Shown piece by piece: positions 48,620-59,499 of a DNA stretch of 64,000 nt. The stretch covers positions 1 to 64,000 of the forward strand of contig JASTWF010000348.1 in NCBI GenBank assembly GCA_030390025.1, given 5' to 3'. How positions within the stretch are numbered: the stretch's first letter is position 1; every line of letters starts with the position of its first letter. Origin of the DNA: Squalus acanthias. Its lineage: Eukaryota. Made by a program: the position numbers and the translations under genes. Under the pieces are notes generated by a model. The model had not been told where the DNA came from, did not search any database, and saw nothing but the letters and a program-made list of their open reading frames with translations.

Positions 48620-48784
48620 TCCAAAGATGTGCGGGTTAGGTTGATTTGGCTATGATAAATTGACCCCTAGTGTTAGGGGGGATTAAATACGTGGGGTTAC
48701 GGGGATAGGGTGGGATATGTGTCGGTGCAGGCTCGATGGGCCGAAATGGCCTCTATCTGCACTGTGGGGATTCTGTGATTCTGT
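48620..48784 (+). mobile_element. 5'-truncated HE1-type SINE
   Basis: 3' half of HE1 with the gattctgtgattctgtg tail. Confidence 0.85.
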
Positions 48785-49045
48785 GCTGTTGTTACAATGA
48801 GGGCGGTTTGTGTGACAGAGAGAGGGTGAGAAAATGAGGGTTATGATGAGGTTCGATTGCGGATTTGGCCCCGATTTCTGACTTTGTTCTCCAGGAGTTG
48901 TCTGAGGGGCCTACAGTTACCTCGAGTGATTGAAGCCTGCCGAAGGCCCCGGGGGCCCAGGGGCCTCCCTGTGTGGTCAACGCGCACCGGTTTTTATGAC
49001 GTGGATGTTCATCATGAATGCCTGCCGGTTGACCGGTGCGTCCCG

Positions 49046-49185
49046 ATGGCAACTCATGCCATCTTGTTAAACGCAGAGGTTTTCCCCCGGGGTTCGAGCA
49101 CCGAATATAACGTGTCGCTGAGCCCCAACCCCCCCCCACAGTTCAGGAAGGGCCCAGGTTTCAACCCCACCCCGGTCTGTACTGA
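49046..49185 (+). CDS. predicted first coding exon of the LTB4 receptor gene (MATHAILLNAEVFPRGSSTEYNVSLSPNPPPQFRKGPGFNPTPVCT-E)
   Basis: Non-repeat island with upstream acceptor ctgactttgttctccAG (48893-48894), ATG at 49046 (+4 G) and donor GA|GTGAGC at 49186. Phase 2 matches the acceptor at 54136; an N-V-S sequon is present. Confidence 0.55.
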
Positions 49186-49320
49186 GTGAGCTTTTCCCAG
49201 CCAGGGGGGCGGGTGGGAGGGTGTGGGGGGGAGGGGGTGTACGAGGTGGGGGGCTACAATTGGTATTGAGGCACCCGGTGTCGTTAATAAAGTGGTAAAG
49301 CGCTTTAGTCCCAAAGTGTG

Positions 49321-50810
49321 TCAGCCGTGGCTCGGTCGGTCTCCCTCTCGCCTCCGGGTCGGAAAGGTCGTGGGTTCGTGCCCCCCCCCCGCGCTCCGGA
49401 GACTCGAGCCCCCATAATCCAGGGCCGACACTCCCGGTGCCCAGTACTGAGGGAAGCGCTGCACCGCCGAGGGGCCGTCTTTCGGGTGCAGACGTTAAAA
49501 CCGAGGGCCCCCCCCGCCGTCTGCCCTCTCTCAGGTAGATGTCAAAGATCCCACTGGCCGCTATTGGAAGAAGAGCAGGGTGGAGGAGTTCTCCCCGCTG
49601 TCCTGGGGCCAATATTTATCCCTCAACCAACATCACCATAATACAGATGATCTGCTCATTTATCACACTGCTGTTTGTGGGATAGAGTCATTGAGTTATA
49701 CAGCACAGAAAGAGGCCCTTCGGCCCATCGTGTCCGCGCCGGCTATCAAGCCCTGTCTATTCTAATCCCATTTTCCAGCACTTGGTCCGTAGCCTTGTAT
49801 GCTATGGCGTTTCAAGTGCTCATCTCAATGCTTCTTGAATGTTGTGAGGGTTCCTGCCTCTACCACCCTTTCAGGCAGTGAGTTCCAGATTCCAACCACC
49901 CTCTGGGTGAAAAAGTTTTTCCTCAAATCCCCTCTAAACCTCCTGCCCCTTACCTTGAAACTATGCCCCCCTGGTTATTGACCCCTCCACTAAGGGGAAA
50001 AGTTCCTTTCTATCTACCCTATCTATGCCCCTCATAATTTTGTACACCTCAATCAGGTCCCCCCCCCTGAGCCTTCTCTGCTCTAAGGAAAACAAGCCCA
50101 GCCTGTCCAGTCTCTCTTCATAGCTGAAGCGCTCCAGCCCAGGTAACATCCTGGTGAATCTCCTCTGCACCCTCTCCAATGCAATCACATCCTCCTATAG
50201 TGTGGCGACCAGAACTGCACACAGTATTCCAGCTGTGGCCTAACTAGCGTTTTGTACAGCTCCATCATAACCTCCCTGCTCTTATATTCTATGCCTCGGC
50301 TAATGAAGGCAAGTATCCCATATGCCTTTTTTAACCACCTTATCTACCTGTCCTGCTGCCTTCAGGGATCTGTGTACATGCACACCAAGGTCCCTCTGAT
50401 CCTCTGTCCTTCCTCGGGTCCTACCATTCATTGTGTATTCCCTTGCCTTGTTAGTCCTCCCCAAAATGCATCACCTCACACTTTTCAGGGTTAAATTCCA
50501 TTTGCCACTGTTCTGCCCATCTGACCATCCCGTCTATATCGTCCTGTAGCCTGAGGCTTCCCTCCTCGCTATTTACCACTCCACCAATTTTCGTGTCATC
50601 TGCGAACTTACTGACCATACCTCCTACATTCATATCCAAATCACTCATGTACACCACAAACAGCAAAGGACCCAGCACCGATCTTGCTGTGCGCAAATTG
50701 ACTGCCGCGTTCCCTGCATCACAACAGTGACAGCACTCCAAAAAGTACTTCATTGGCTGTAACACGCTTTGGGACGTCCTGAGGTGGTGAAAGGCTCTGT
50801 CGAGACGCAC
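49321..50810 (+). mobile_element. Deu-SINE (parts ~49321-49683 and ~50680-50810) split by a CR1 insertion
   Basis: SINE sequence gctgtttgtgggat|gatcttgctgtgcgcaaattg resumes after the CR1. Confidence 0.78.
49683..50679 (-). mobile_element. CR1 3' portion
   Basis: [23 protein letters not shown]..; [25 protein letters not shown]. Confidence 0.92.
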
Positions 50811-50827
50811 CTCTTTCTCTCTTTCCT

Positions 50828-51131
50828 TTACAACCAATGAAGTACTTTTGACGTGTAGTCACCGTTGTAACTTGGGAAACACGGCAGCCAATGTGTGAAC
50901 AGCAAGATCCCACAAACATCACTGTGACAATGACCAGATCATCTGGGTTTTATTTTAGTGATATTGGTTGAGGGATAAAATCAGGCCCCTGGACACCGGG
51001 GGTGAACTCCGCCCCCCACCGCTCTTGTTCAACTGTGGGATCTTTTATGGCCACCGGGGAGGATAGACCTTAGTTGAACATCTCCTCTGAAAGACGGCAC
51101 TTCCGACGGTGCAGTGCTTCCCTCAGTACTC
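50828..51131 (-). mobile_element. Deu-SINE, partial
   Basis: tacaaccaatgaagtacttttg..cagcaagatcccacaaac..gggatcttttatggccacc..ccctcagtact. Confidence 0.72.
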
Positions 51132-51133
51132 AT

Positions 51134-52606
51134 GATAGAAACATTGAAACATAGAAGATAGGAGCAGGAGTAGGCCATTCGGCCCCTCGAGCCTGCTCCA
51201 CCATTCGATGAGATCATGGCTGATCATCCAAACTCAGTACCCTGTCCCTGCCTTCTCCCCATATCCCTTGATCCCTTTAGCTTTAAGAAATATATCTAAC
51301 TCATTCTTGAATATATTTAATGACTTGGCCTCAACTACCTTCTGTGGTAGAGAATTCCACAGGTTCACCACTCTCTGGGTGAAGAAATTCTTCCTCATTT
51401 CTGTCCTAAATGGCTTACCCCTTATCCTTAGACTGTGACCCCTGGTTCTGGACTCTCCGACCATCGGGAACATTCTTCCTGCATCTAGTTTGTCCAGACC
51501 TGTCAGAATTTTATATGTTTCGATGAGATCCCCTCTCATTCTTCTATACTCCAGCGAGTACAAGCCCAATCGACCCAATCTCTCCTCATATGTCATTCCT
51601 GCCATCCCAGGTATCAGCCTTGTGAATCTTCGCTGAACTCCTTCCATGGCAAGAACATCCTTCCTCAGATAAGGCGACCAAAACTGCACACAGTACTCAA
51701 GGTGTGGTCTCACCAAGGCCCTGTACAACTGCAGCAGGACATCCCTGTTCCTATACTCAAACCCTTTCGCTATGAAGGCCAACATACCATTTGCCTTCTT
51801 AACCGCCTGCTGCACCTGCATGCTTACCTTCAGCGACTGGTGCACAAGGACAGCCAGGTCTCGTTGCACTTCCCCTTCTCCCAATCTATTGCTATTCAGA
51901 TAATAGTCTGCCTTTCTGTTTTTGACACCAAAGTGGATAACCTCGCATTTATCCACGTTATATTGCATCTGCCACGCTTCTGCCCACTCACCCAACCTGT
52001 CCAAATCATCCTGGAGTTTCTCGGTATCCTCTTCGCAGCACACACTCCCACCCACAGAATCAGAATCCCCACAGTGCAGATAGAGGCCATTTTGGCCCAT
52101 CGAGCCTGCTCCGACACATATCCCACCCTATCCCCGCGTATTTAATCCCCCCTAACACTAAGGGTCAATTTATCATAGCCAAATCAACCTAACCCGCACA
52201 TCTTTGGACTGTGGGAGGAAACTGGAGCACCCGGAGGAAACCAACGCAGACACGGGGAGAATGTGCAAACTCCACACAGACAGTCACCCGAGGCCGGATT
52301 CGAACCCGGGTCCCTGGTGCTGTGAGGCAACAGTGCTAGCCACTATGCCACCGTGTTGCCCAGCTTTGTATCATCTGCAAACTTGGAGATATTACATTTA
52401 ATTCCCTTATCTAGATCATTAATGTATATTGTGAATAGCTGGGGTCCAAGGACCGATCCCTGCGGTACCCCGCTAGTCACTGCTTGCCACTCGGAAAAAG
52501 ACCCATTAATTCTTACTCTTTGCTTTCTGTCCGCCAACCAGTTCTCTATCCAAGTCAATACCTTGCCCCCAATCCCATGTGCCTTAACTTTACACGCTAA
52601 TCTCTT
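51134..52606 (-). mobile_element. young CR1/HER1-type copy interrupted by an HE1 SINE
   Basis: ORF 51234-52050 is continued by 52361-52606 ([29 protein letters not shown]). Confidence 0.93.
52053..52360 (-). mobile_element. HE1-type V-SINE
   Basis: Full match to the other HE1 copies. Confidence 0.88.
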
Positions 52607-52779
52607 ATGATGTGGAGATGCCGGTGTTGGACTGGGGTGGACAAAAATGAGAAGTCGCACAACACCAGGTTATAGTCCAACAGTTTTATTTGAAATGAGG
52701 AGCTTTCAGAGCTGCTGCTCCTTCGTCAGGTGAAGTGAAGAGATGCATATAGGCACAGCATATATAGTCAGAGAACAAT
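52607..52779 (-). mobile_element. Penelope-like terminal repeat with a degenerate hammerhead motif
   Basis: Reverse complement of ~39478-39649; helices I and II are partly disrupted. Confidence 0.85.
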
Positions 52780-53750
52780 GGGTTGGATTTTGTCATGGGG
52801 TCGGGTTGGGGTCGTGTCCACCACATTTCGTGTTTCACCCCCACCGACTCCAGATTAATGTGGATGAATGATGCCATTTTCACTTCATTGGGCAATTGAG
52901 TTCCAGCATGTGGGAACCCATGAAATAATTAGTGGTTTCAGTATGAAAGTCGCCTCTGATGATGTCATCATTCCTGCTGCATTGCAGGTCAGAGACTGCC
53001 TGGTCTCAGAGACTGTCTGGCTGTTGGTGAGAGGGGACCTGCCTGGCTTTTGCTGTGAGTGGACCTGGAGGCAAAATTGATATAAGAACATAAGAACATA
53101 AGAAATAGGAGCAGGAGTAGACCAATCGGCCCCTCGAGCCTGCTCCGCCATTCAATGAGATCATGGCTGATCTGATCCAACCTCAACTCTAAAGAACACA
53201 AGAAGTAGGAGCAGGACCCGGCCACTCGGCCCCTGGGCCCGCTCCGCCACCCACAGGGCCTTGACCGATCCGAACTCAAACTCATGTCCAATTTCCAGCC
53301 CGCTCCCCGTAACCCCTGATTCCCTTTACTTCTAGGAAACGGTCTATTTCTGTTTTAAATTTATTTAATGAAGTAGTTTCCACAGCTTCCTGGGGTAGCA
53401 AATTCCACAGACCCACTACCCTCTGAGTGAAAAAGTTTCTCCTCATCTCAGTTTTGAAAGAGGAGCCCCTTATTCTAAGATTATGTCCCCTAGTTCTAGT
53501 TTCACCCATCATTGGGAACATCCTCACCGCGTCCACCCGAGCAAGCCCCTTCACAATCTTATATGTTTCAATAAGATCGCCTCTCATTCTTCTGAACTCC
53601 AATGAGTAGAGTCCCAATCTACCCAACCTCTCCTCATATGTCCACCCCCTCATCCCCGGGATTAACCGAGTGAACCTTCTTTGTACTGCCTCGAGAGCAA
53701 GTATGCCTTTTCTTAAGTATGGACACCAAAACTGTATGAGAGAGATATAT

Positions 53751-53781
<31 letters not shown>

Positions 53782-53909
53782 GCGGGAGAGAGTCGGGAAC
53801 CCCGGGACTGATTTTGTCAAAATTGCGTGGAGGCGGGATGGGGTTGGAAACCCCGACCCCGCAAATTTAACCCCCCACACGGCACCAAACCCGACTCCAT
53901 GGGTCATTC
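52780..53909. mobile_element. MITE family A second copy (inverted relative to 4778-5474), split by CR1
   Basis: 52780-53003 resembles the reverse complement of 5253-5474; ~53850-53909 resembles the reverse complement of 4790-4850; central (GA)n. Confidence 0.7.
53083..53736 (-). mobile_element. CR1 3' end with an internally duplicated terminal segment
   Basis: ORF 53282-53653; tail (ataagaac)n; a second aagaacacaagaagtaggagcagga..cggcccc block at ~53192-53250. Confidence 0.88.
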
Positions 53910-53924
53910 ATGTGTTTCTGACTG

Positions 53925-54045
53925 CCCTTCCCTCAGTACCTGGCACTGGGAGCGTCGGCCCTGGGTTATGGAGGCTCGAGCCCCTGGAGTGGGGACTGGA
54001 ACCCGCGACCTTCTGACTCAGAGACACCAAACCGTGGCTGAGACA
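53925..54045 (-). mobile_element. Deu-SINE 5' fragment
   Basis: ccctcagtacctggcactgggag..ctggagtggggactggaacccgcgaccttctgactcagag. Confidence 0.6.
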
Positions 54046-54136
54046 CACCCTCACCCCCATGAGTTCCCACCTTTTTTCCTCTTCGGGAAGCCGAGTCTCA
54101 CCTCCGTCTTTCTTCCTCTCTCTCCTCTTCCAACAG

Positions 54137-55181
54137 GACGGTGCAGCAGGCGGGCCAGACCGAGCAGTGCGTCCCCTCCAACACCACGCTGGATAACCTG
54201 CTGAGCTCCAAGGCCTCCACCGTCATCGGCAGTCTGATCCTGACTTTGGCCTTCGTGGTGGGGCTGCCCGGCAACGCCTTCGTGGTCTGGACCATCCTGC
54301 TGCGCATGAGGCGGCGGACGGTCACCTGTGTCCTCATCCTCAACCTGGCGGTGGCGGACGGGATCACCCTGCTGACCTCCCCCTTCTGGATCCACTTCCT
54401 GGTCAAGGAGGACTGGGTCTTCGGCCGGGAGGTGTGCAAGATCTTCCACTACCTCTGCTGCCTCAACATGTACGCCAGCGTCTTCATCATCACCTTCATG
54501 AGCGTGGACCGCTTCGTGGCGGTGGCCCGCCCCTACGCCGCCGCCCGGCTGCGCAGGAAGGGCGTGGCCCTCAAGGTCCTGCTGGGCCTCTGGGCCTTGG
54601 CCGCCCTCATGGCCCTGCCCGCCCCCTACTACCGGGACGTGCGGGTGGGCAAGATCGAGTGCAAGCACATCTGCGAGCCCATCCACAACTCCACGGCCCA
54701 CACCACCTTCCACTACATGGCGGAGGTGACGGTGGGCTTCCTGGCGCCCTTCGCCATCATCATCGTCAGCTACATCTTTGTTCACCGCAAGATGCGGACG
54801 CTGCGCTTCCGGAAGAAGAGCAAGACCGAGCGGCTGATCGTGGCCATCGTGGTGGCCTTCGGCCTCTTCTGGCTGCCCTACCACGTGGTCAACATGGTGC
54901 AGGTGGGGGCCAAGCTGGCCGGCTCGGACCGGCTACGCAACCTGCTGAAGGAGCAGCGGCCCATGGTCACCGCCCTGGCCTTCGTGGGCTGCAGCGTCAA
55001 CCCTGTGCTCTACGCCTTCACCGGCATCGAGCTGATCCGCAGCTCGGGGCCCAACTTCATGGCCAAGCTCTTCGAGATCACCACGGTCGAGGCCAACCCC
55101 AGCCAGAGCAGGAGCCAGGCCGGCAGGAACAACGCCAACCGCAATGAGTCGGCCTGCCTGGATCAGCTGACCGGGCTCTAG
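54137..55181 (+). CDS. ltb4r2: leukotriene B4 receptor family class A GPCR (BLT2-leaning), main coding exon
   Basis: Seven hydrophobic segments with GLPGNAFVVW, LNLAVAD, MYAS..MSVDRF, FWLPYHVVN, ALAF..SVNPVLY and GPNFMAKLFE, typical of BLT receptors; strongly GC3-biased codons; preceded by a polypyrimidine tract and caacAG (54135-54136). BLT1 versus BLT2 is not settled. Confidence 0.93.
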
Positions 55182-55429
55182 GACTCCGATGGTGGGTGGG
55201 GCGGGTGATGGGCTGGGTTGGGGGGAAGAAGGGCCCATTGGGGCATTTGGGGGACCGAAGAAGAAGGCCCTTGACCCTTCCCTCCGAGTAGGCCGTGGAG
55301 GCCTTGCTCGTCCAGAACATTCAACGCTGACATCCATCTCTCGCCAACCGCTCCCCCACCCCCCCCACCCACCCCGCCCCGGTGTGGCAAACGCCCTTTC
55401 CCTTTTTCCCACTTTTGATGTCTCCCAAA

Positions 55430-56505
55430 CCCGCCATCCCTCTCTCCCCCTCAACCTCCCTCATCCCCCTCCCTTGGTCCCTCCTTCCCTCCCTCATCTC
55501 CCTCCTTCCCTCCCTCATCTCCCTCCCTCCCTCCTTCCCTCCCTCATCTGCCTCCCTCCCTCCTTCCCTCCCTCATCTCCCTCCTTCTCTCACCATGCCC
55601 CTCCCTCCCTCCTTCCCTCCCTCCCTCCTTCCCTCCCTTATCTCGCTTCTTCTCTCCCTCATCCCCCTCCCTCCCTCCTTCCCTCCCTCATCTCCCTCCC
55701 TCCCTCCTTCCCTCCCTTATCTCGCTTCTTCTCTCCCTCATCCCCCTCCCTCCCTCCTTCCCTCCCTCATCTCCCTCCCTCCCTCCTTCCCTCCCTTATC
55801 TCGCTTCTTCTCTCCCTCATCCCCCTCCCTCCCTCCTTCCCTCCCTCATCTCCCTCCCTCCCTCCTTCCCTCCCTTATCTCGCTTCTTCTCTCCCTCATC
55901 CCCCTCCCTCCCTCCATCCCTCCCTTATCTCCCTCCTTCTCTTCCTCATCCCCCTCCCTCCTTCCCTCCCTCATCTCCCTCCCTCCCTCCTTCCCTCCCT
56001 TATCTCGCTTCTTCTCTCCCTCATCCCCCTCCCTCCCTCCATCCCTCCCTTATCTCCCTCCTTCTCTTCCTCATCCCCCTCCCTCCTTCCCTCCCTCATC
56101 TCCCTCCATCCCTCCCTTTTCTCCCTCCTTCCCTCCCTCATCTCCCTCCTTCTCTCCCTCATCCCCCTCCCTCCCTCCCTCATCTCCCTCCTTCTCTCCC
56201 TCATCCCCCTCCCTCCCTCCCTCCCTCATCTCCCTCCTTCCCTCCCTCATCTCCCTCCTTCCCTCCCTCATCCCCCTCCCTCCCTCCATCCCTCCCTTAT
56301 CTCCCTCCTTCTCTTCCTCATCCCCCTCCCTCCATCCCTCCCTTTTCTCCCTCCTTCCCTTCCTTATCTCCCTCCTTCTCTTCCTCATCCCACTCCCTCC
56401 CTCCTTTCTTCCCTCCCTCATCCCCCTCCCTTCCTCCCTTTGACTCTCATTCTCTCCCTCAGGCCCCTCCCTCCCTCCTTCCCTCCCTCATCTCCCTCCT
56501 TCTCT
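55430..56505 (+). repeat. (CCCT/CCTT/CATC)-rich polypyrimidine tract
   Basis: Direct reading; recurring block cccttatctcgcttcttctctccctcatcccc. Confidence 0.93.
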
Positions 56506-56506
56506 T

Positions 56507-57077
56507 GGGAACAGGAGGAGGCCATTCAGCCCCTCGAGCCTGCTCCGCCATTCAATGAGATCAGGGCTGATCTGTGACCTAACTCCATATACCCGCCTTT
56601 GCCCCATATCCCTTAATACCTTTGGTTAACAAAAAGCTATCGATCTTCGATTTAAAATTAACATTTGATCCAGCATCAATTGCCGTTTGCGGAAGAGAGT
56701 TCCAAACTTCTACCACCCTTTGTGTGTCGAAGTGTTTCCTAATTTCACTCCTGAAAGGTCTGGCTCTAATTTTTAGACTATGTCCCCGAGTCCTAGAATC
56801 CCCCACCAGCAGAAATAGTTTCTCTCTATCTACCCTATCTGTTCCCCTTAATATCCTGAAAACTTCGATCAGATTACCCCTTAACCTTCTAAATTCCAGG
56901 GAATACAACCCTAGTTTGTGTAATCTCTCCTGTAACTTAACCCTTACTCATTCTGGTAAATCTACGCTGCACTCCCTCCAAGGCCAATATATCCTTCCTA
57001 AGGTGTGGTGCCCAGAACTGCTCACAGTACTCCAGGTGTGGTCTAACCAGGGTTTTGTACAGCTGGAGCATAACTTC
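56507..57077 (-). mobile_element. CR1 3' portion
   Basis: ORFs 56579-56908 and [29 protein letters not shown]. Confidence 0.9.
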
Positions 57078-57379
57078 TGGTACAATAAGGGGGAGGGTGT
57101 TGGGGAGGGGATGGGGAAGTTTGCGTAAGGCTCTCGGGAGTGGGTTGGGGAAGTGAGGGGGAGAGAGAGCGAGAGAGGGTTGGGGGGGTACAAGGAGGGG
57201 GGAGGGTTTGGAGGAAGAATGGCAGGAGAGGGAGAGGGAAAGGAGGGGAATGAGGAGAAGAGAAGTGGGGAGTAGGAGAGGATGGAGGAGGAGTGGGGAG
57301 GCCATGGGGAAAGGGGGAAACGGTATGACAGGAAGAGGAAAGAGGGGGCTAAGGTGGGGCGAAGGCAGAGGCAAGAGAG

Positions 57380-58325
57380 CATAGGAAGGAGCAGGAGGAG
57401 GCCATTCAGCCCCTCGAGCCTGTTACCATAGGAACAGGAGGAGGCCATTCAGCTCCTCGAGCCTGTTACCATAGGAACAGGAGGAGGCCATTCAGCTCCT
57501 CGAGCCTGTTACCATAGGAACATGAGGAGGCCATTCAGCCCCTCGAGCCTGTTACCATAGGATCAGGAGGAGGCCATTCAGCCCCTTGAGCCTGTTACCA
57601 TAGGAACAGGAGGAGGCCATTCAGCCCCTCGAGCCTGTTACCATAGGAACATGAGGAGGCCATTCAGCTCCTCGGGTCTGTTACCATAGGATCAGGAGGA
57701 GGCCATTCAGCTCCTCGAGCCTGTTACCATAGGAGCAGGAGGAGGCCATTCAGCCCCTTGAGCCTGTTACATAGGAACAGGAGGAGGCCATTCAGCCTCT
57801 CGAGCCAGTTACACAGGAACAGGAGGAGGCCATTCAGCCCCTCGAGCCTGTTACCATACGAACAGGAGGAGGCCATTCAGCCCCTCGGGCCTGTTACACA
57901 GGAACAGGAGGAGGCCAATCAGCCCCTCGAGCCTGTTACCACAGGAACAGGAGGAGGCCAATCAGCCCCTCGGGCCTGTTACACAGGAACAGGAGGAGGC
58001 CAATCAGCCCCTCGGGCCTGTTACCACAGGAACAGCAGGAGGCCAATCAGCCCCTCGAGCCTGTTACCATAAGAACAGGAGGAGGCCATTCAGCTCCTCG
58101 AGCCAGTTACACAGGAACAGGAGAAGGCCATTCAGCCCCTCGAGCCTGTTACCATAGGAACAGCAGGAGGCCATTCAGCCCCTCGAGCCTGTTACCATAG
58201 GAACAGCAGGAGGTCATTCAGCCCCTCGGGCCTGTTACCACAGGAACAGCAGGAGGCCAATCAGCCCCTCGGGCCTGTTACCATAGGAACAGCAGGAGGC
58301 CAATCAGCCCCTCGAGCCTGTTACC
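57380..58325 (+). repeat. 43-bp minisatellite (~22 units) derived from a CR1 3' terminus
   Basis: Unit cataggaacaggaggaggccattcagcccctcgagcctgttac; runs directly into the CR1 3' end at 58325-58695. Confidence 0.93.
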
Positions 58326-58695
58326 ATAAGAACAGGAGGAGGCCATTCAGCCCCTCGAGTCTGTTCCGTCATTCAGTGAGATCATGGCTGATCTGTATCT
58401 TAACTCCATCCACCCGCCTTGGTTCCGTAACCCTTCATACACTTGTCTAACAAAAATCTATCAATCTCAGTTTTGAAATTTTCAATTCACCCCCCCAGCC
58501 TCAACAGCTTTTTGGGGGAGGGAGTGCCAGATTTCCACTGCCCTTTGTGTGAAGAAGTGCTTCCTGACATCACCTCTAGCTCTAATTATATGGTTATGCC
58601 CCCTTGTTCTGGACTCCCCCCACCAGAGGAAATAGTTTCTTTCTCCATCTACCCTATCGACTCCTTCAATCATCTTAAACACCTCGATTAGATCA
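58325..58695 (-). mobile_element. CR1 3' end
   Basis: ORF 58482-58682 (ESRTRGH..RKHFFTQRAVEIWHSLP). Confidence 0.85.
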
Positions 58696-59499
58696 GGGAT
58701 AGGAGAGAGGAGGGGAGGGGAAGGGCCTGTGGAGAGAACGGAGAAGGTAGTGGAGTAGGAGGGAAAGGCTGAGAGAAGGATTCGGGGTGGGAGAGAGGCA
58801 GTAAAGGTCGGGAAACTATCTCAATGGGGGCTGCAAAGTCTATCAGGTGGGTGGTGCTAATAAATCACTCGGGTCGGGGGGGGGGGGGAAATGGGTCACC
58901 CCATTAATTCATGGCCTACCAAACCTCCATCGCAATTCTGCCCTCTCCACGACAAGCGGGCGGGGAGAGGGGTGGGGGTGCGGTGGGAGATGATTTCGTA
59001 AAGGGAGCTCCCTGGCATAAGCCTCACTGAGGCTTCCAGATAGGACCCGAACCCTCAGCGGCCAAGGGATATCCATTTCCCCAGAGAGGGGGCTGACTCC
59101 CTTAATGGTTCCACTGCAAGCCGGAACAGGGAGCGGGGAATTTAAAAAAAAACCTTTAGCCATTCGTTATACCTTCCTGAGTTTCTCTCCATCCCGCAGT
59201 GCCAGAGTCTTGGAATTCCGACACCCCACCCGCCGCCACCCCCCCCCCCCAGCCCACCCCGAGTCAATGGCCATCCTTCCCAATCCATCTCACAGTTTCC
59301 CCCTTTCCTTTTGGTGTCATCGGCAAGTCTGGATTTCGTTTTCCTCGATGCCTAAGTTAATGTATATAGAATGTGTAAATAAGCAGAACCTAATCTTCTC
59401 AATAAAAGACACTACATTGTACCACAGCCGCCCTTGACCTGTCTGAACTTTCTCTCTCTCTCTCTCGACTTTGTATCGGTCTTCACAGTAGAGGATGAG

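Noticed and set aside
54051..55147. Antisense (277 aa) and alternate-frame (237 aa) ORFs over the receptor
   Set aside because: Expected shadows of very high GC3 coding sequence.
59401..59406. AATAAA as the receptor polyadenylation signal
   Set aside because: Plausible, but 4.2 kb from the stop, with another AATAAA at ~58859; cannot be supported without transcript data.
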